A stretch of 64,000 nucleotides of DNA from Phoronis australis. Lineage: Eukaryota; Animalia; Phoronida. Each line of letters begins with the position of its first letter. The first letter of the stretch is position 1. This document shows positions 25,420 to 39,300 of this stretch, in pieces. The position numbers and the translations under genes are program-made. A model generated the notes under the pieces. That model was not told where the DNA came from. It was given only the letters and a program-made list of their open reading frames with translations, and did no database searches. The DNA is taken from assembly GCA_002633005.1 (NCBI GenBank), contig NMRA01000119.1:434001-498000 (forward strand). Direction: 5' to 3'.

Positions 25420-26420
25420 TAGTTGGCAGCCACTTATGGCTCGAGGCTCCTCGAGTTGACCACTTCCGTAACTATAACTATTCACACTATACGAGTGCGT
25501 CTCGTGCGACAAAAGCCTCAGTGTTGGTCACTCCTTGTACCAACTACTATGATTGTTTTTCACTGTAAAATTGATTGATTACCTTGGCTAAGACATATCA
25601 GCTAAAATCTAGCCAAAATCACGTGCTCTCATTTAAAATGCACGGCAATACATCACGTAATCTCACGAAGTCTTCCTTTCAGTCTAGCGAGGTTCTAGAT
25701 TGGTCTGTGAACCGAAAGCCATCAACGATCCGGTTGACCAGGTGGTACCAGCGAAATCAATCAATTGCAACCACTGTACCTGCTGATCAGTGGCAGGTTC
25801 CATGAAACAGTCCCTATTAGGGACTCAACCAAGTTCCCTAAATGTTTTGCTTATTTGTTTCGTTCATAACTCAAATATGTAATGTTAATTTTCTAACATC
25901 TTGCCTTTGTTACGAACTCCCCTTTGACTAATGAGCCCTTAATTTAATCAAAACAATTAGGGACTTAGTCCTTAAATTAGGAGTGTTGCATGAAAAGAAT
26001 CCTACTTATTTTCAACAATACTGAAAATTCAAACGTAGAGTTCACACTCGATTTGTATCAAAGCCAAGTATTGGCCTAGTAATGATACTCAAACAGTATA
26101 AGAAAGGAAAATCAGTGTTTTCACAAGTCCACAAATGCACAGTAGATTTAGAGGACTTGGTTGAGTCCCTATTTGGGAAAGTTTCATGCAACCGGGCACT
26201 GAGTCCTTCGTGACGCAACGCGATAATGGCAGTTTGCAATAGGCCCCTATACACCTTTTCTGGTCACTGGCCTTCCTGACCTGACGATCACAAGTCGGCA
26301 GTATTTCTCAACTCGCAATAAACAAGAGCAAACTCCAAATCGGTCAAGGAACTTACATGTACCTATAGGTTGGTCTTTGACCTTGCAGAGCAGTGGCGGA
26401 TTTAGGGGGGCTCGGGGGGC
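25420..26420 (+). repeat. About 1-kb near-identical direct duplicate, copy 1 (copy 2 at 28463-29477)
   Basis: Colinear from tagttggcagccac to ggggctcggggggc; only scattered substitutions and one indel of about 15 bp. Confidence 0.95.
25795..26193. mobile_element. About 400-bp MITE with about 50-bp TIRs; copies at 28852-29250 and 36601-37003
   Basis: ggtt(c/g)catgaaacagtccctattagggactcaac... / ...gttgagtccctatttggga..tttcatgcaacc; an internal partial third arm is present. Confidence 0.85.
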
Positions 26421-27119
26421 GAATGCAAAATGCATAGGCCTTGAACAAACCCCGTTTTTAGCAATAAGGTCCACAAACACAAAAATTCGAGACTCCCTAC
26501 ATCCTTAAATTTTAGACTGGGCGCGCAAATGAGGCGAAATTCTGGTTATTCCTGTGGCCTGCCCCCCCCCCCCCCCNCTGGAGTAGCAGTGACGAATCTG
26601 ATATTGAAACGTATTAAAAACTAACAGGAAACTACTGTTGACATTAAACATATAGTATGTAGCTTGATACAGTGATTTTGACTATCTGTTACTATGCTGT
26701 TTGAAAGTGTTGCTCTATTTCATGTAGTTTATTTTGATTAAAAAAAAGGTTTTTAAAAACACGTCTGCTACTTTTCTTTCAATGTATTGTTTAGTAGTCA
26801 ATGATATGAAAGGGCTCATTGGAAATAATTTTCGTGGTTCCTCGATCTAGCGCAAATTTAGGGGCCATGTGTTGTCGCTGACGTATCCTTTCTGCTGGCA
26901 GTTTTGATAGCGTTTTATATTTTACACAATCTGCGTTCTTAAACTTCACTAAGTGGGTTGGTTTTAGACAGTTCCTGGTATCCCAAAGTTTACTGTTATC
27001 AGGTACTTTCCAAAATGCTTACTCTCCGCCATCATCCATTTGACATCCAGTGTGAGAGCTCAGTAGACGCAAAAGTACATGTATAAGCTCATTATCTAAT
27101 ATGTCAAAATTACTGACCG

Positions 27120-28320
27120 CGTAGTTGAGATTTCTGGGGCTGGCGAGTACAACCCACACTGGGTTTTAACTGTCATAGCGTATTTGGTAACCAGTAACAT
27201 TTACTTGAATCACATGGAATTGTTTATTGTGGTACCCCGAATGATGACCCAGCTTCTTTTACGGTGTAATTGAGTTTCTGGCGAACGCTTTCCAGAGCAC
27301 AATTTGTTGTCTGTCATGGTCATCTGGTGGATAATTGGTTTTAAGTCAGTTTAAGCCGGTACCTCGGGTATCTATTGTACCTCAAAGTTTTGATAGCATA
27401 TATTGTGGTTGAGATTTTTGAGGGTTTCTTCCAGGCACAATCCAGAGTGTATTTTGTCTGCCATAGGGCATTTAGTGACCTGTGACATGTATTGAACCTC
27501 ATGGAATTGGTTTTGTGTGGTAACTCAAATTGAGTATGTGCTAGCTCATTTTTTTTGGGGGGGGGGTCATTTTTTGGTTTCTGCTAAACCGATTCCAGAG
27601 TGCAATTTGTCTGTCATGGGTCATTTGGAGTTCAGTGCGGTACTATTGTTCGTTTATAATCAGTTTTGGCCCGTACTTCGAAAATCTAGTCTATCTCAAA
27701 TTTTTGATGGCATACCGCGGTTGAGATTTTTGGGGGTTTCTGCCGGGCACAATCCAGAGTCAGTGTAATTTGTCTGTCATAGGAGTTTTAGTGATCTGTG
27801 ACATGTATTGAATCACATGGAATTGGTTTTGTGTGGTACCTCGAATGTATATGCTAGCTCATTTTTGGGGGGTCCTTTTTGGGTTTCTGCCGGACCCATT
27901 CCAGAGTGCAATTTGTTTGTCATGGGTCATTTGGTGTTCAGTGCGGTACTATTGTTCGTTTAAAATCTATTTTGGTCGGTACCTCGAAAATCTAGTCTAG
28001 CTAAAATTTTTGACGGCATACCATGGTTGAGATTTTTGGGGGTTTCTGCCGGGCACAACCCAGAGTGTATTTTGTCTGTCATAAGGGTTTTAGTGATCTG
28101 TGACATGTATTGAATCACATGGAATTGGTTTTGTGTGGTACCTCGAATGTATGTGCTAGCTCATTTTTGGGGGGTCCTTTTTTGGCTTCTGCCGGACCCA
28201 TTCCAGAGTGCAATTTGTCTGTCATGGGTCATTCGGTGTTCAGTGCGGTACTATTGTTCGTTTTAAATCAGTTTTGGTTGGTACCTCGAATATCTAGTCT
28301 AGCTCATTTTTTGGGGTCTT
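27120..28320 (+). repeat. Tandem array of about four 300-bp units, each made of two related about 150-bp halves
   Basis: gttgagattt anchor at about 27124, 27408, 27720, 28026; ccagagtg..atttgtctgtcat recurs twice per unit. Confidence 0.9.
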
Positions 28321-28462
28321 TGTAAGGCCCCCAGGGGTCACACCCAGAGTGCAGACAACGGCAGACGTCCATTTCTGTACATACTGAGGTGGACTTTAAA
28401 TGCTCCCGTGGTCAGATGTTGGTACCTCGTTCATCTATGCTAAGTGCTCTGGGCTGCCGGTC

Positions 28463-29477
28463 TAGTTGGCAGCCACTTATGGCTCGAGGCTCCTCGAGTT
28501 GACCACTTCCGTAACTATAACTATTCACACTATACCAGTGCGTCTCGTGCGACAAAAGCCTCAGTGTTGGTCACTCCTTGTACCAACTACTATGATTGTT
28601 TTTCACTGTAAAATTGATTGATTACGTTGGCTAAGACATATCAGTAGCTGTCTCACGGCTAAAATCTAGCGAAAATCACGTGCTCTCATTTAAAATGCAC
28701 GGCAATACATCACGTAATCTCACGAAGTCTTCCTTTCAGTCTAGCGAGGTTCTAGATTGGTCTGTGAACCGAAAGCCATCAACGATCCGGTTGACCAGGT
28801 GGTACCAGCGAAGTCAATCAATTGCAACCACTGTACCTGCTGATCAGTGGCAGGTTCCATGAAACAGTCCCTATTAGGGACTCAACCAAGTTCCCTAAAT
28901 GTTTTGCTTATTTGTTTCGTTCATAACTCAAATATGTAATGTTAATTTTCTAACATCTTGCCTTTGTTACGAACTCCCCTTTGACTAATGAGCCCTTAAT
29001 TTAATCAAAACAATTAGGGACTTAGTCCTTAAATTAGGTGTGTTGCATGAAAAGAATCCTACTTATTTTCAACAATACTGAAAATTCAAACGTAGAGTTC
29101 ACTCTCGATTTGTATCAAAGCCAAGTATTGGCCTAGTAATGATACTCAAACAGTATAAGAAAGGAAAATCAGTGTTTTCACAAGTCCACAAATGCACAGT
29201 AGACTTAGGGGACTTGGTTGAGTCCCTATTTGGGAAAGTTTCATGCAACCGGGCACTGAGTCCTTCGTGACGCAACGCGATAATGGCAGTTTGCAATAGG
29301 CCCCTATACACCTTTTCTGGTCACTGGCCTTCCTGACCTAACGATCACAAGTCGGCAGTATTTCTCAACTCGCAATAAACAAGAGCAAACTCCAAATCGG
29401 TCAAGGAACTTACATGTACCTATAGGTTGGTCTTTGACCTTGCAAAGCAGTGGCGGATTTAGGGGGGCTCGGGGGGC
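28463..29477 (+). repeat. About 1-kb near-identical direct duplicate, copy 2
   Basis: Matches 25420-26420; duplicated ORFs in the track (25575/28680 and 26042/29099). Confidence 0.95.
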
Positions 29478-30204
29478 CCCCCTAACTCAAAAGCCTGGAC
29501 TCCGCCCCCGCAAAACACTTTCAGTACAATAATAGATTATTTCTTTTGTGGTGTATTTGAATACAATTTCTCTAGACATTCTGTACACATCGCACATTCT
29601 CGGATTGTTTAGAAAAATAGTAAAAATGCTCGTTTTCATGCGCTCGTGTAGTAGACGATACACGACTACCACTTACAAAAATACCTCAGTCTGTGCTCTC
29701 ATAGATCCAGTCCTATAGTTGACAAAATAATGTTTTTTATTTTGTTACGTTTTACAACTTTTTACTCTAATCTAGGGGACTCCTTCGCCGCCCCCGGATT
29801 AAGCCAATGCTGGGCGCGCGTACCCCTCGTTCCCCTGCGCTTCACCAGGCCTTGCAGAGTGACCCCTCGGAATATCAAAGGATTACCGTTCCACTTGTGT
29901 GGTAGTACATAAATACACATCAGTTGGCGTGGTACTATTCAGGTCAACAGACGAATCGTCAGACATATAATATGCACGGACCAGTCGCGCTGTGCTTTCC
30001 TAGCTCACACTGTCGAAGGTAGAAAACGGTTATAGGGGAAGGTGTCGTTCGCAGATCAAAACCCGTCGAGGCCTTCACAACGTTTAGTTACGAACCACAT
30101 TATTACGGCGCCGACCAACTAGCGTCACATGATCGTTAGCCAGGAGGGTGCATCTGCGATTCAGTTAGGCTCTCCTCTGTTGGCATTATCGTCCTCAAGT
30201 TAAC

Positions 30205-30309
30205 ATGTCGGCAAAACATCTGTTTTCAAATGTGACAAAACTAGCCATTCTGCGTGCCAGTTCCTTTGCAGTTAAAAGGTGCTTCAGAACTGCTCCTGTT
30301 ATAACTCAG
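30205..30309 (+). CDS. Dioxygenase exon 1 (mitochondrial-type presequence)
   Basis: MSAKHLFSNVTKLAILRASSFAVKRCFRTAPVITQ; no D/E, rich in K/R/S/A; strong cag|gtaagt donor; phase 0 matches exon 2. Confidence 0.75.
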
Positions 30310-33300
30310 GTAAGTGAACATTATAAAAGACTCAGTTACTTCTGTAAACAAATACCTTGTGAACCCAGCTTGGCATACAGGCGCCGGCATGCAAAATTAA
30401 TAGACTGCATGGGTCTGGATCTGAAGCAGCTTCCAGTTGGTATCGCGGAAGACGACTTTCACTCACTATTGGCGAATGTACGACTATATCGCTCCCCTTT
30501 GAGCAAAAATGCATACATTAACAACGATACACCCGCGATCGACAGGTACTCACTATCGACACCCACAACCCGTCTCCGAATGCCAATTACACACACTGCG
30601 AAAAACTCAACGCGGGGCTGAGCTCTGCCTGCCTAAAGCGGCTATTTGGCGTCGTACGGAGGTCAAACGGGTTAGGAGTGGCGCACAGCCCCGGGGGTGT
30701 CAGTTTGGAGCGGTGGCGGTAAAGTAAAATAATAGCTCGGTACCAATAGCGACCTGTCTGTTCTTTGGAGGGCCTGGAATCACCTCCAGTTTAATAATGG
30801 AGCACTGAGTTTGAAACCAATTTCAGAATAGTAAATAGTGGCCAAAACCAAAAGTGGGTTTTTGTGATGAAAGGCGGCCGGGTTTGGAGCCCTTTCAAGG
30901 GGCATTTAGCCGCTCCCAATGTTGAATTCGTAACCGAAACGCTATGGGGTATAAAACATTCCCACTCTTATCCTATCTCAAATTGTTGCCGTATGAGCCG
31001 GCAATTCAAGTCACAGGCAATGCTTACGTGCGTAAATTTCAAATTCGTAATTTTAAGGTTGTCCAGCCTCAATGAACTCTGAAGTGTGCTGTTGAGTCGA
31101 TGGTGATTTTGGTGTTCTTGTTGGTAACAGAAATAGAATCCAGTGTCACGGTAACAAAGATTTTATAATTACCTATATCTTTGACGGTAAGGAAAATTAT
31201 GAGACCGATTTGATAGGCAAAAGGAGAAATTCTACTTTCGTATTTTAACCAGCTTAATAGGGCGAAATGCAACTTCAACGAAACATTGGCTGAAAACAAT
31301 GGTACAAAAGTTTAGACAAAAACCTACTGGAACTGCGCACAACAAGAATCAACTCTATCCTTGGCCCAGTAATACTTGACAACCATGAAATAGTGCACGT
31401 TCTAAACTAAAGTCTATACTTAGAGTAATGAAGTTAGTGATTTATGCCATGTTATTAGGTCACCGGCCCCTTTTTCCTGAAAAAAACACTATACAAACAC
31501 ACACACACTTGTTGGTTTAGACAAAATGCAATAAAAACCTAGAGAGAAAAAATAACAGAAACAAAAACGATAAGAAAAAATAAAACTCAACATGTCTCCG
31601 TTTTTCTGCATGGACTAGAAACTTGGCTACAATGGTTGACATGTAATACATCACGTGAACTCATCAAGCGACCAAAACAAGTTTACTTGGATGTAATTAG
31701 CAAGTAGTATTAGCGAGCCAGTGAAATTATCTCTGGCAGATTCAGAGGGCGGGTGTTCTTCTTGCCGATAAGCCACTTTAATTGGGGTCACTGACAACAC
31801 TGGCTATCTTGTCCTCAGACTTAGAGTCGGTCTTTAGCACCTCCAAGATTCTTGCGTATTTCTCGTCAGGGACTAACCGGCTGTTGGTAGCCCTCGCAGC
31901 TTCAGCAAGGTCTGCACTTGTCCTTGTGTTCACGACACATGCTTATTTCGTATAACCTAACTGACGAGATAAATTACTAACTTAGAAAGCAAATATACAG
32001 ATAAAAGTTAACTCCGGTTAAAACCAGCAGGACTCAAGAGACCTGATGCCCTGGTGTAAACGTCAAAATAATCAACAATAACACTGAAGCAATGACAAAT
32101 ATATGAAAAATTCTACTTCAGATAATATACGGCGTTCACCAGTCCCCTCGTTCACAAGAGACCGTCGACACCACCGGCACAACAAAGCCAAAATGCCCAC
32201 GGGAGACTGAAAGTGAGAAGGAAAATACTCAGCAGTCGAGATGATACCACGTGTGCTGGCAGCACGTCTACAGCACTCCGTTGGGGAGGCCCCACCATCC
32301 GACATACAAAAAGTGAAATGGTGGGAGACGACCTATTCGTGGGGGGTAGCCACTATTACGAGAATAGAAGACGACGGTGTTCGAAGGGCTTTTTGTTAGC
32401 CGTGAAATAGCACTTTTCTTTTTCGTGAACCGTGTTATTCGTGTTAACTTTTTTCATTAAAGTCTTTTAAATATCTTGTCCGTGAATCGTGATCTTTGGA
32501 CCAAATTCGTGAACGTGAACAATAATTAGCTAGTCCAAAGTATCTGAATTAAACCCCGGCCGCAAAGTTGCTCGACTACTGGTCACCGAGTCGGACGAAA
32601 TGTGGCTTGGTACTTCACGCACTGCTCGGCTGCTAAATGAGGTAAAGAGCAAAAAGTTCAAAAGACATGATTTCTTATCCAAAAAGTACGAAACCATGTC
32701 GTCTTATCGCCTACAGTGACGGAGGTCACGGTGATCATTTTCATTTTATATGACACAGACGATAAAAAGTATTGCAAAAGAAAGACACATGTACTTTGCC
32801 TCAGTCGAGCTGTTAATCAGGGTGTACTATCGACATCAGGACACCACATGAACTTCGCAACGCAAGATGGTGCCAGTTTGATAGCAAAATAACCGGTCCT
32901 CTCCCAGCCTCGGTAGCGACGGGGCCTGTTTTGTAAGTGAGTCATGTTGCAGTCCCTAATATCGTTTTTCAGAACAGCGCTTTCATTGAGCACAGTACCT
33001 GAGCATAGTCCCAACAGCCATTTTAAGATACGATTTTCCGGAGTTGGAGATTTTTTAATGTTCTACATAACCTTATTTTGCTTAAAATCAACATTTGCCT
33101 TGTTTTGACCAGTGCCTATATTGTCAGCACCATTAAGCAATAACACTGCATGTCAAAAATCGTGAATTTAATATTACATGAAGGAGAAAATACAACAAAA
33201 GCGACTTTAATTGAAAGTTTTTAAGCTCCACAGGCATGAGTGTGACGTATGAATGTACCCAGATCAAGCGTGCCATGTTCACCAACACGCGAGTTTCTTG

Positions 33301-36300
33301 CACAAACTTGTGCCTTATCCGCGCTTCTCTTATGCCTCCCGTGAAAGTAAAGAGAGCCCTCATCATTCCTGATTATTCCATATACGAAAACAATACAAAC
33401 AAGCAACAATATCTGACGATTTTTCACAATAAACACTGCGAAGGATGACTAATGCTGCGATTTGTGCTCCCGATTCTATATTTATCGACCAATAAATGCC
33501 CGCCGTATCTCGATATCAGCTTTTAAAATAACACATCGCCAGACAGTGATTACGGGTGTTCTAATTTGACAACTGAGCGACAAGTGGGTTTGCATTTTGG
33601 TGTTTTTTTTGATGTAAAATTGGTAATTTTAAGCACTTTGAGGATAGCGGGGACCCATTTGTGGGGAACAACCCGATTTTGACTGGCCGTAAACCGGCTA
33701 ATCAAAATATGAAACCCCTTCTGTACAGCTCTGTTGTAAAACAGCGCCTTTTGCTGAGTTTTTATCCAATAAAGTGAACCATTTCACAAAGAACATTACC
33801 GTAAAATCCCATATGGTCGACACGGTCATGTACACCTCACTGTGACATATGGGACTGCAGTAATTCCTCCAGGTTCTGTTCTGTGAATGTAATTATTCTC
33901 AAAATGGTATCATGCAGGAAACTATGAGCAAAAATATGATTGAGTAAATGGTAACACCTTTGTCCAAACCAAAACTGCGGGTTAGCTGAAGCCCGCCGGA
34001 GCCGAAACGGAGCCCGCCGGAGCCGAGACTGAGCATTGTACTGTACTTCAAGACAAAAAGTATTCAAAGTATTGAAATCTGTCAGCTTGTTTCGTATGGA
34101 TGAAAATACAGTTATTTTTCATTTCAAAAACGTTTGTCGACTATTAAAAAGCCTTTGACAGCGCTTCTTAAACATCTGTGCCCTTCTTCAACTTCAGCGA
34201 ACTAAAATATTTTCCATTGGATAAAAATCTTCAATTGTGCTTCCAGCATCTGTGTTATACAAAGCGGAATATATTTTTCCTACTCGACAAGGTTGTAAGC
34301 AAGAAGTCTTTGTATTACTTTATCTCTGTTTGACATGTGCAGGACTGTTAAGTTCAAATTGAAGCATATGCCTAAGACTGACTGTGACATATTGATTCCC
34401 TATTTCCCTTAAAATTCTTACATCAACTACGTTCATTGCTAGTAAATGTAAGTACAATATCTAGAGAAAAGTGAAAGTTGCAGTTGGAGTTAGACCAGAG
34501 TGGAGTTTGGCGGAGCAACGATGATTCCGATGTAGCTTAATTCGCCGCATCGTTGGAGCAAATTCTTACCTGTTTAAGATTACGATCTCTCAATCCCCTG
34601 TGTGTAGATTTTGTGGTAAAAGCCCAGAATCAGTGTTACAGTTGCATGTTAATTGACCATTTGTGAGCTCTTTTTGGACCAGTGTTGGTAGGTTGGTCCT
34701 TCCCAGATAATAAGAATGCGATATTAGATGACAAAATAATACGACAAGCAGACGAGCAACCAGTTGTAAATGTGTTGTAAGTACTAACTGGCCAAGTATC
34801 ACAGACCCACACGCACGCACGCACGCACCACACGCTGACGCATGCACCACACACAGACACGCACACACACGCGCGCGCGCAAACACATGCACGCACCCCC
34901 ACATAAAGAAACAACATCTTGAGATTACATGATCATCGATGGAAATCTACAAGAGGTCACTTATCAAGAAGTGAACTTTTAGAAAAATACATTTACACTA
35001 AAACTGGTCAAATGAACCGGTTTGTGGACAGATAAGCAAGTGTTTTAATGCTTTTATTTCATTATATTTCATACCGCGAAAATACGACTTCAGCAACGCG
35101 TGTGATATGCATGAGAAAAGTGGATGTATGTGTCAAACACGTTATTTGTACTTATTTCAAATAATGTGCATGCGATTAATAAATGTTGGATTGTTGCATG
35201 ACTGCAAATGCATTAATTAAAATAGGAGGGTGGCGCATGACAATGTGACGCCATTGTTGCTATAGAGAGACGCATGATAATGCGACGCCATTGTTGCTAT
35301 AGAGAGACGCAAGACAATGCGACGCCATTGTTGCTATAGACCAAGTGGGACCTGGGTTCCGTTTCGTGAAAACTGGCTTAAGCCTTAGACTGAAGACATA
35401 AATTTGTCTAAGTTAAGCACGAAATTCAGGCTAAGTTAACACTGAAGACACAAACTCAGAAAAGACTGTTTCAAGAACACGGAAACGAAGTTTGGTCTTC
35501 GGTCTTAACCATTATAGTTGGTTAAGTTTGAATGAGCAGTACCTGCAAATAGATTTTGATCAAATTTTTGTTATGAGGTTTTAAAATATGCTAAAGATGA
35601 AGGCAGAATGTTTTTACAGACAACTGTTTTGTAGAGACTAAAAGCATACCGTGAACTGTGAAACTAAAACAATAACCTAGTAGGTGAATCGTGAAATAGT
35701 TAGTTCTACTCACGTGAATTATGGTTCGACTCCTCCCCCTCCACCACCCTAATAGAATGTAGTGATTTTTGCCTTGCAGATCCGCCACTGAGCGCGTTGC
35801 CCTGTGATTCACTAAAACATGCATGTATTTTGCAGAGCGTTCAAGCTTCAAACCATGTCTCCCTAGAAAACAGTCAGAAACTAGTGACTGTCCACTGGGA
35901 AGGACAGGAAAGTTCCAGCTGGTATGTATAGTACGATTCACGTATGGTGTTTCAATGGCCTTTATTCGAAGCTGTGCCATATCTGAGTGCGCCTACGTGC
36001 AGAACTTTTTAAAAATGTCTTTGAATAGAAGCAAGCAGGATAATAGCAGAGTAGAGGTTTAGTTACCTGTTAAAGTGTTGACATAATTTCACAAGATTAT
36101 TCAATTAATTGTGGAGAACTGGATCATTACTTGTTGTTGGGCCAAGCTAGGTGGCCGCATTTTTGCTTCTGAGGATGGTGTTTTAATAAACGCCGAAACA
36201 TATCAAGCCGTTTTAACATCCTTGTTTTTATCAACAGGGAACTCGTACTGGACATAAAGACTCAAACAACAAGGACCCATGTTATAGTCACTGAACTCTG

Positions 36301-39300
36301 TTCCATGTCGCATTAGTCGAGCTAATATAAAGATTTAACCGCAGCTTACCATGCAATTGGTACATTTTTGTACGGTGCCCTTAGCAGGGGCAGGAAACCG
36401 CCTCTTACTGCGGGGGCGTACCCTTACCAAAGTCCGCAAAAGCTCTTACTGCACACAAAAAGCCCTCACTACGGAACCTGAACTCCAGTTATACTCGAGG
36501 AGTCTTTGCGCTACCCAATTTCTACGTGTTGTGTGTTCAGTCATTTGCCCTAAGAATTGTTCGCAGTAAGAGCGCTTGAGTGTGGTTAGGGTTCAGCGCC
36601 CGGTTGCATGAAACAGTCCCTAATAGGGACTCAACTAAGGACCCTAAATCTTTTGCATATTTGTGTCACAGATGTAATATTTTTTTATCATTTTATCTTT
36701 ATTATGAGCTCCTCTTTGACTGATGACATTAATTAAAATCTGAATCCTTAATTCATTGAAAACGAATAGGGACTTAGTCCTTAAATTAGGAGCGTTGCAA
36801 GAAAAGGTCTCTACTTATTTTTAATGATATTGAGAATTCAACGTAAAAATCACTCTCGCTTTGTATCAAAGCCAACAAATTTGACTTAATAATGAAACTA
36901 AAACAATATAAGAAAGAACATTCAGTGTTTTCACAAGTCCACAAACAAGCATTGGGTTTAGGGACCTTAGTTGAGTCCCTATTTGGGACTGCTTCATGCA
37001 ACCAACCACAGGTTCCGTGATAAAATTTTGTGCGGGATGAACTTGCATTTGGCAGGCCTGCTCACTATAAAATCGTAGCAAATATTCAAATTTCTATGGT
37101 AGAGTTCGCTTGGTTGGACCATGTAAGCAGACCAAGTTAACTACCGGTTTGGTGGCTTACTTGGCCTACGACAACACCAATCTTTGCCAGTGTTCGCTCA
37201 CAGACACCTAATCGTGATAAAACCGTTATATTTCAGTTACAACGCCGTCTGGCTACGGCACAACTGTCATTGCCCTGAATGCAAACAAGTTGGGAGTGGG
37301 CAGAAAATAATGAACATGTTTGCGCGTCCGCCGTCAGACGTCATTGTAAAGGATGCAAAAGTTGACGGTTTGTACCACAGATACATCATTTATTTCGTTA
37401 GCCAATACCAACGTGCCTTATCTTATTCAAATCTGGTTTCAGCTACCTTCACATGTAACCACATTCAATACATTCAGGCGAAAAAATCATGCCATTACCA
37501 GAATGAGCTATTTTTCGTGTACTGGAGACCACCAAAACGTATTCAACCAAAAGTAATGTAAATAATGATTAGTGCTCAATTTTCTAAATAGTTCCCTGGA
37601 AAGCGTTACTACTATTAATAGAACGGTTGATTGTACTATAAAAGGCGGTAAACTTCGGAATGAGCTTAAATTTTATTTTTCTTGATTTATCGCACCAAAG
37701 ATATAGCTCCTACTACTGTATTGTTACGCCATAAGGCCCATATACGCCTGCTCGGAGCTGTGGAAGTCTTTGGCGCCATAAATAAAAACTTAAAATTGTG
37801 AGAGCACTTTTAAACCTAGCTCCATAGTCAACGAATCTGGATTTTTCGGTAAAAGACATGTGAAAAAGATAGCAAAGTGGTAATACTCCCAGCCCAAACA
37901 ACAGACGACAGCCAATAACTTATTTGTATCACAAAGTCGCCATCTGTAGTGGGACGTCTGAAAATTCTAAGAGCGTTTACATTTAACTTGGTACTTTCTG
38001 ACCGAATTAAATGTCTTGTTTTGAAATTGCAGGTGACAAGTTAAGCATTACGTGGGGTGATCACTCCGGCTATGCACCCATTGAGTGGCTAAAACTTAAT
38101 GATTATTCTGAGGAATCTTTACAAAGAAAATCCACCCAAGCAACGCCCACGTTTATGAAGGTAAACAAGACCCAGAACTTGCTCTATTGTGTATTTTCAT
38201 GATTCGAGTTTGACTGAAGCGAAGTACAATTGATATCGACTGTGAATTTTGAACACGTTTTTGTTTTAGGGTGACATGCCGAAGCTGAGTTATGACCGCC
38301 TTGAGACTGAGGACGGCGTGTGGGAATGGATAGAAGCCTTAAATGACGTTGGATTGTGTCTTATTACAAATATTCCCAACGAAAATTCGTCAGTTTTGGA
38401 AAGTATTGTCGAGAAAATTTGTCCTAGTTTGAGAACGATATACGGGCCGGTAAGCATAGAGTACTAATTAAGTTGAATTCTAATATTTTATTTTCAAGTT
38501 AAGTAAATAACTTATCCACAGGAAATTAAAAAAATTAGAAGAAAAAGGATTAAGTTTGGGTAATATGTTTCAATGCAAAAGAAATTATCCTGTCATGTAT
38601 TACTCAATTTTACAAACTACTGCAGTAAACCCGCGTTCCGCCGAAGACACGTAATTTTTATTTAGAACAAACACCACTATAAAATTGTGGCCTGTTCCAA
38701 AAAAAACTGACTTAGCTAAGACGAATCTTAAATTTCCGTCAATTTCAAGATGAAACATAAAATTTTCTCAAGTCCGTTTCAAAAAACAGATCTTAAGTTT
38801 GACTTAAGCTTTTGACTAAAGTTTTGTCTTAATTTTGGATATCTTACCGGATGTGGAAGTTTCAATGTTTGGAAGTTGAGATAAATCTCGAAAATGAACT
38901 TAAGTTAGTTTCTTGGAACGGGCCCTTGGTCTCAACTTGTTCCTTATTCGGACAAGGAGGGATTTTTGGTCTTGAAAAAAAAACTGACAGTCCGTTATTC
39001 TTCGAGACCATGCTCTACGAATGACAGTCATGAAAGGTCAACTTGTACAACGTGGGACCGGGCTCTAATCGTTTTCGCTCCAAATCGAACTGGAAATAAT
39101 TTTTAACACTTTTCGTTCTACTTTGGTATGAACTCGAGATAGGTGTCTATTATTTTGTGCTCGTGTATGTCGTAGTCTTGGTAGATGACTGTGTAATCCT
39201 ATTTTGCACTTGATAACTCCAGCATTGAAGCCATAAGTTCAAACCTGAACTTGGAATTTCGAATTTTAACTGGAGTCTCTAGTAGCTCGAATATAAGGAT

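Noticed and set aside
25420-29477. The 1-kb direct repeats as LTRs of a retrotransposon
   Set aside because: No TG...CA ends, TSD, PBS or PPT; the repeats end inside a MITE and the first is followed by an N join.
30310-30621. Remainder of the 138-aa ORF starting at 30205
   Set aside because: A strong donor at 30309/30310 indicates the rest is intron read-through.
35235-35340. CRISPR-like array (also considered for 27120-28320)
   Set aside because: Units are contiguous with no unique spacers, there are no cas genes, and the context is eukaryotic.
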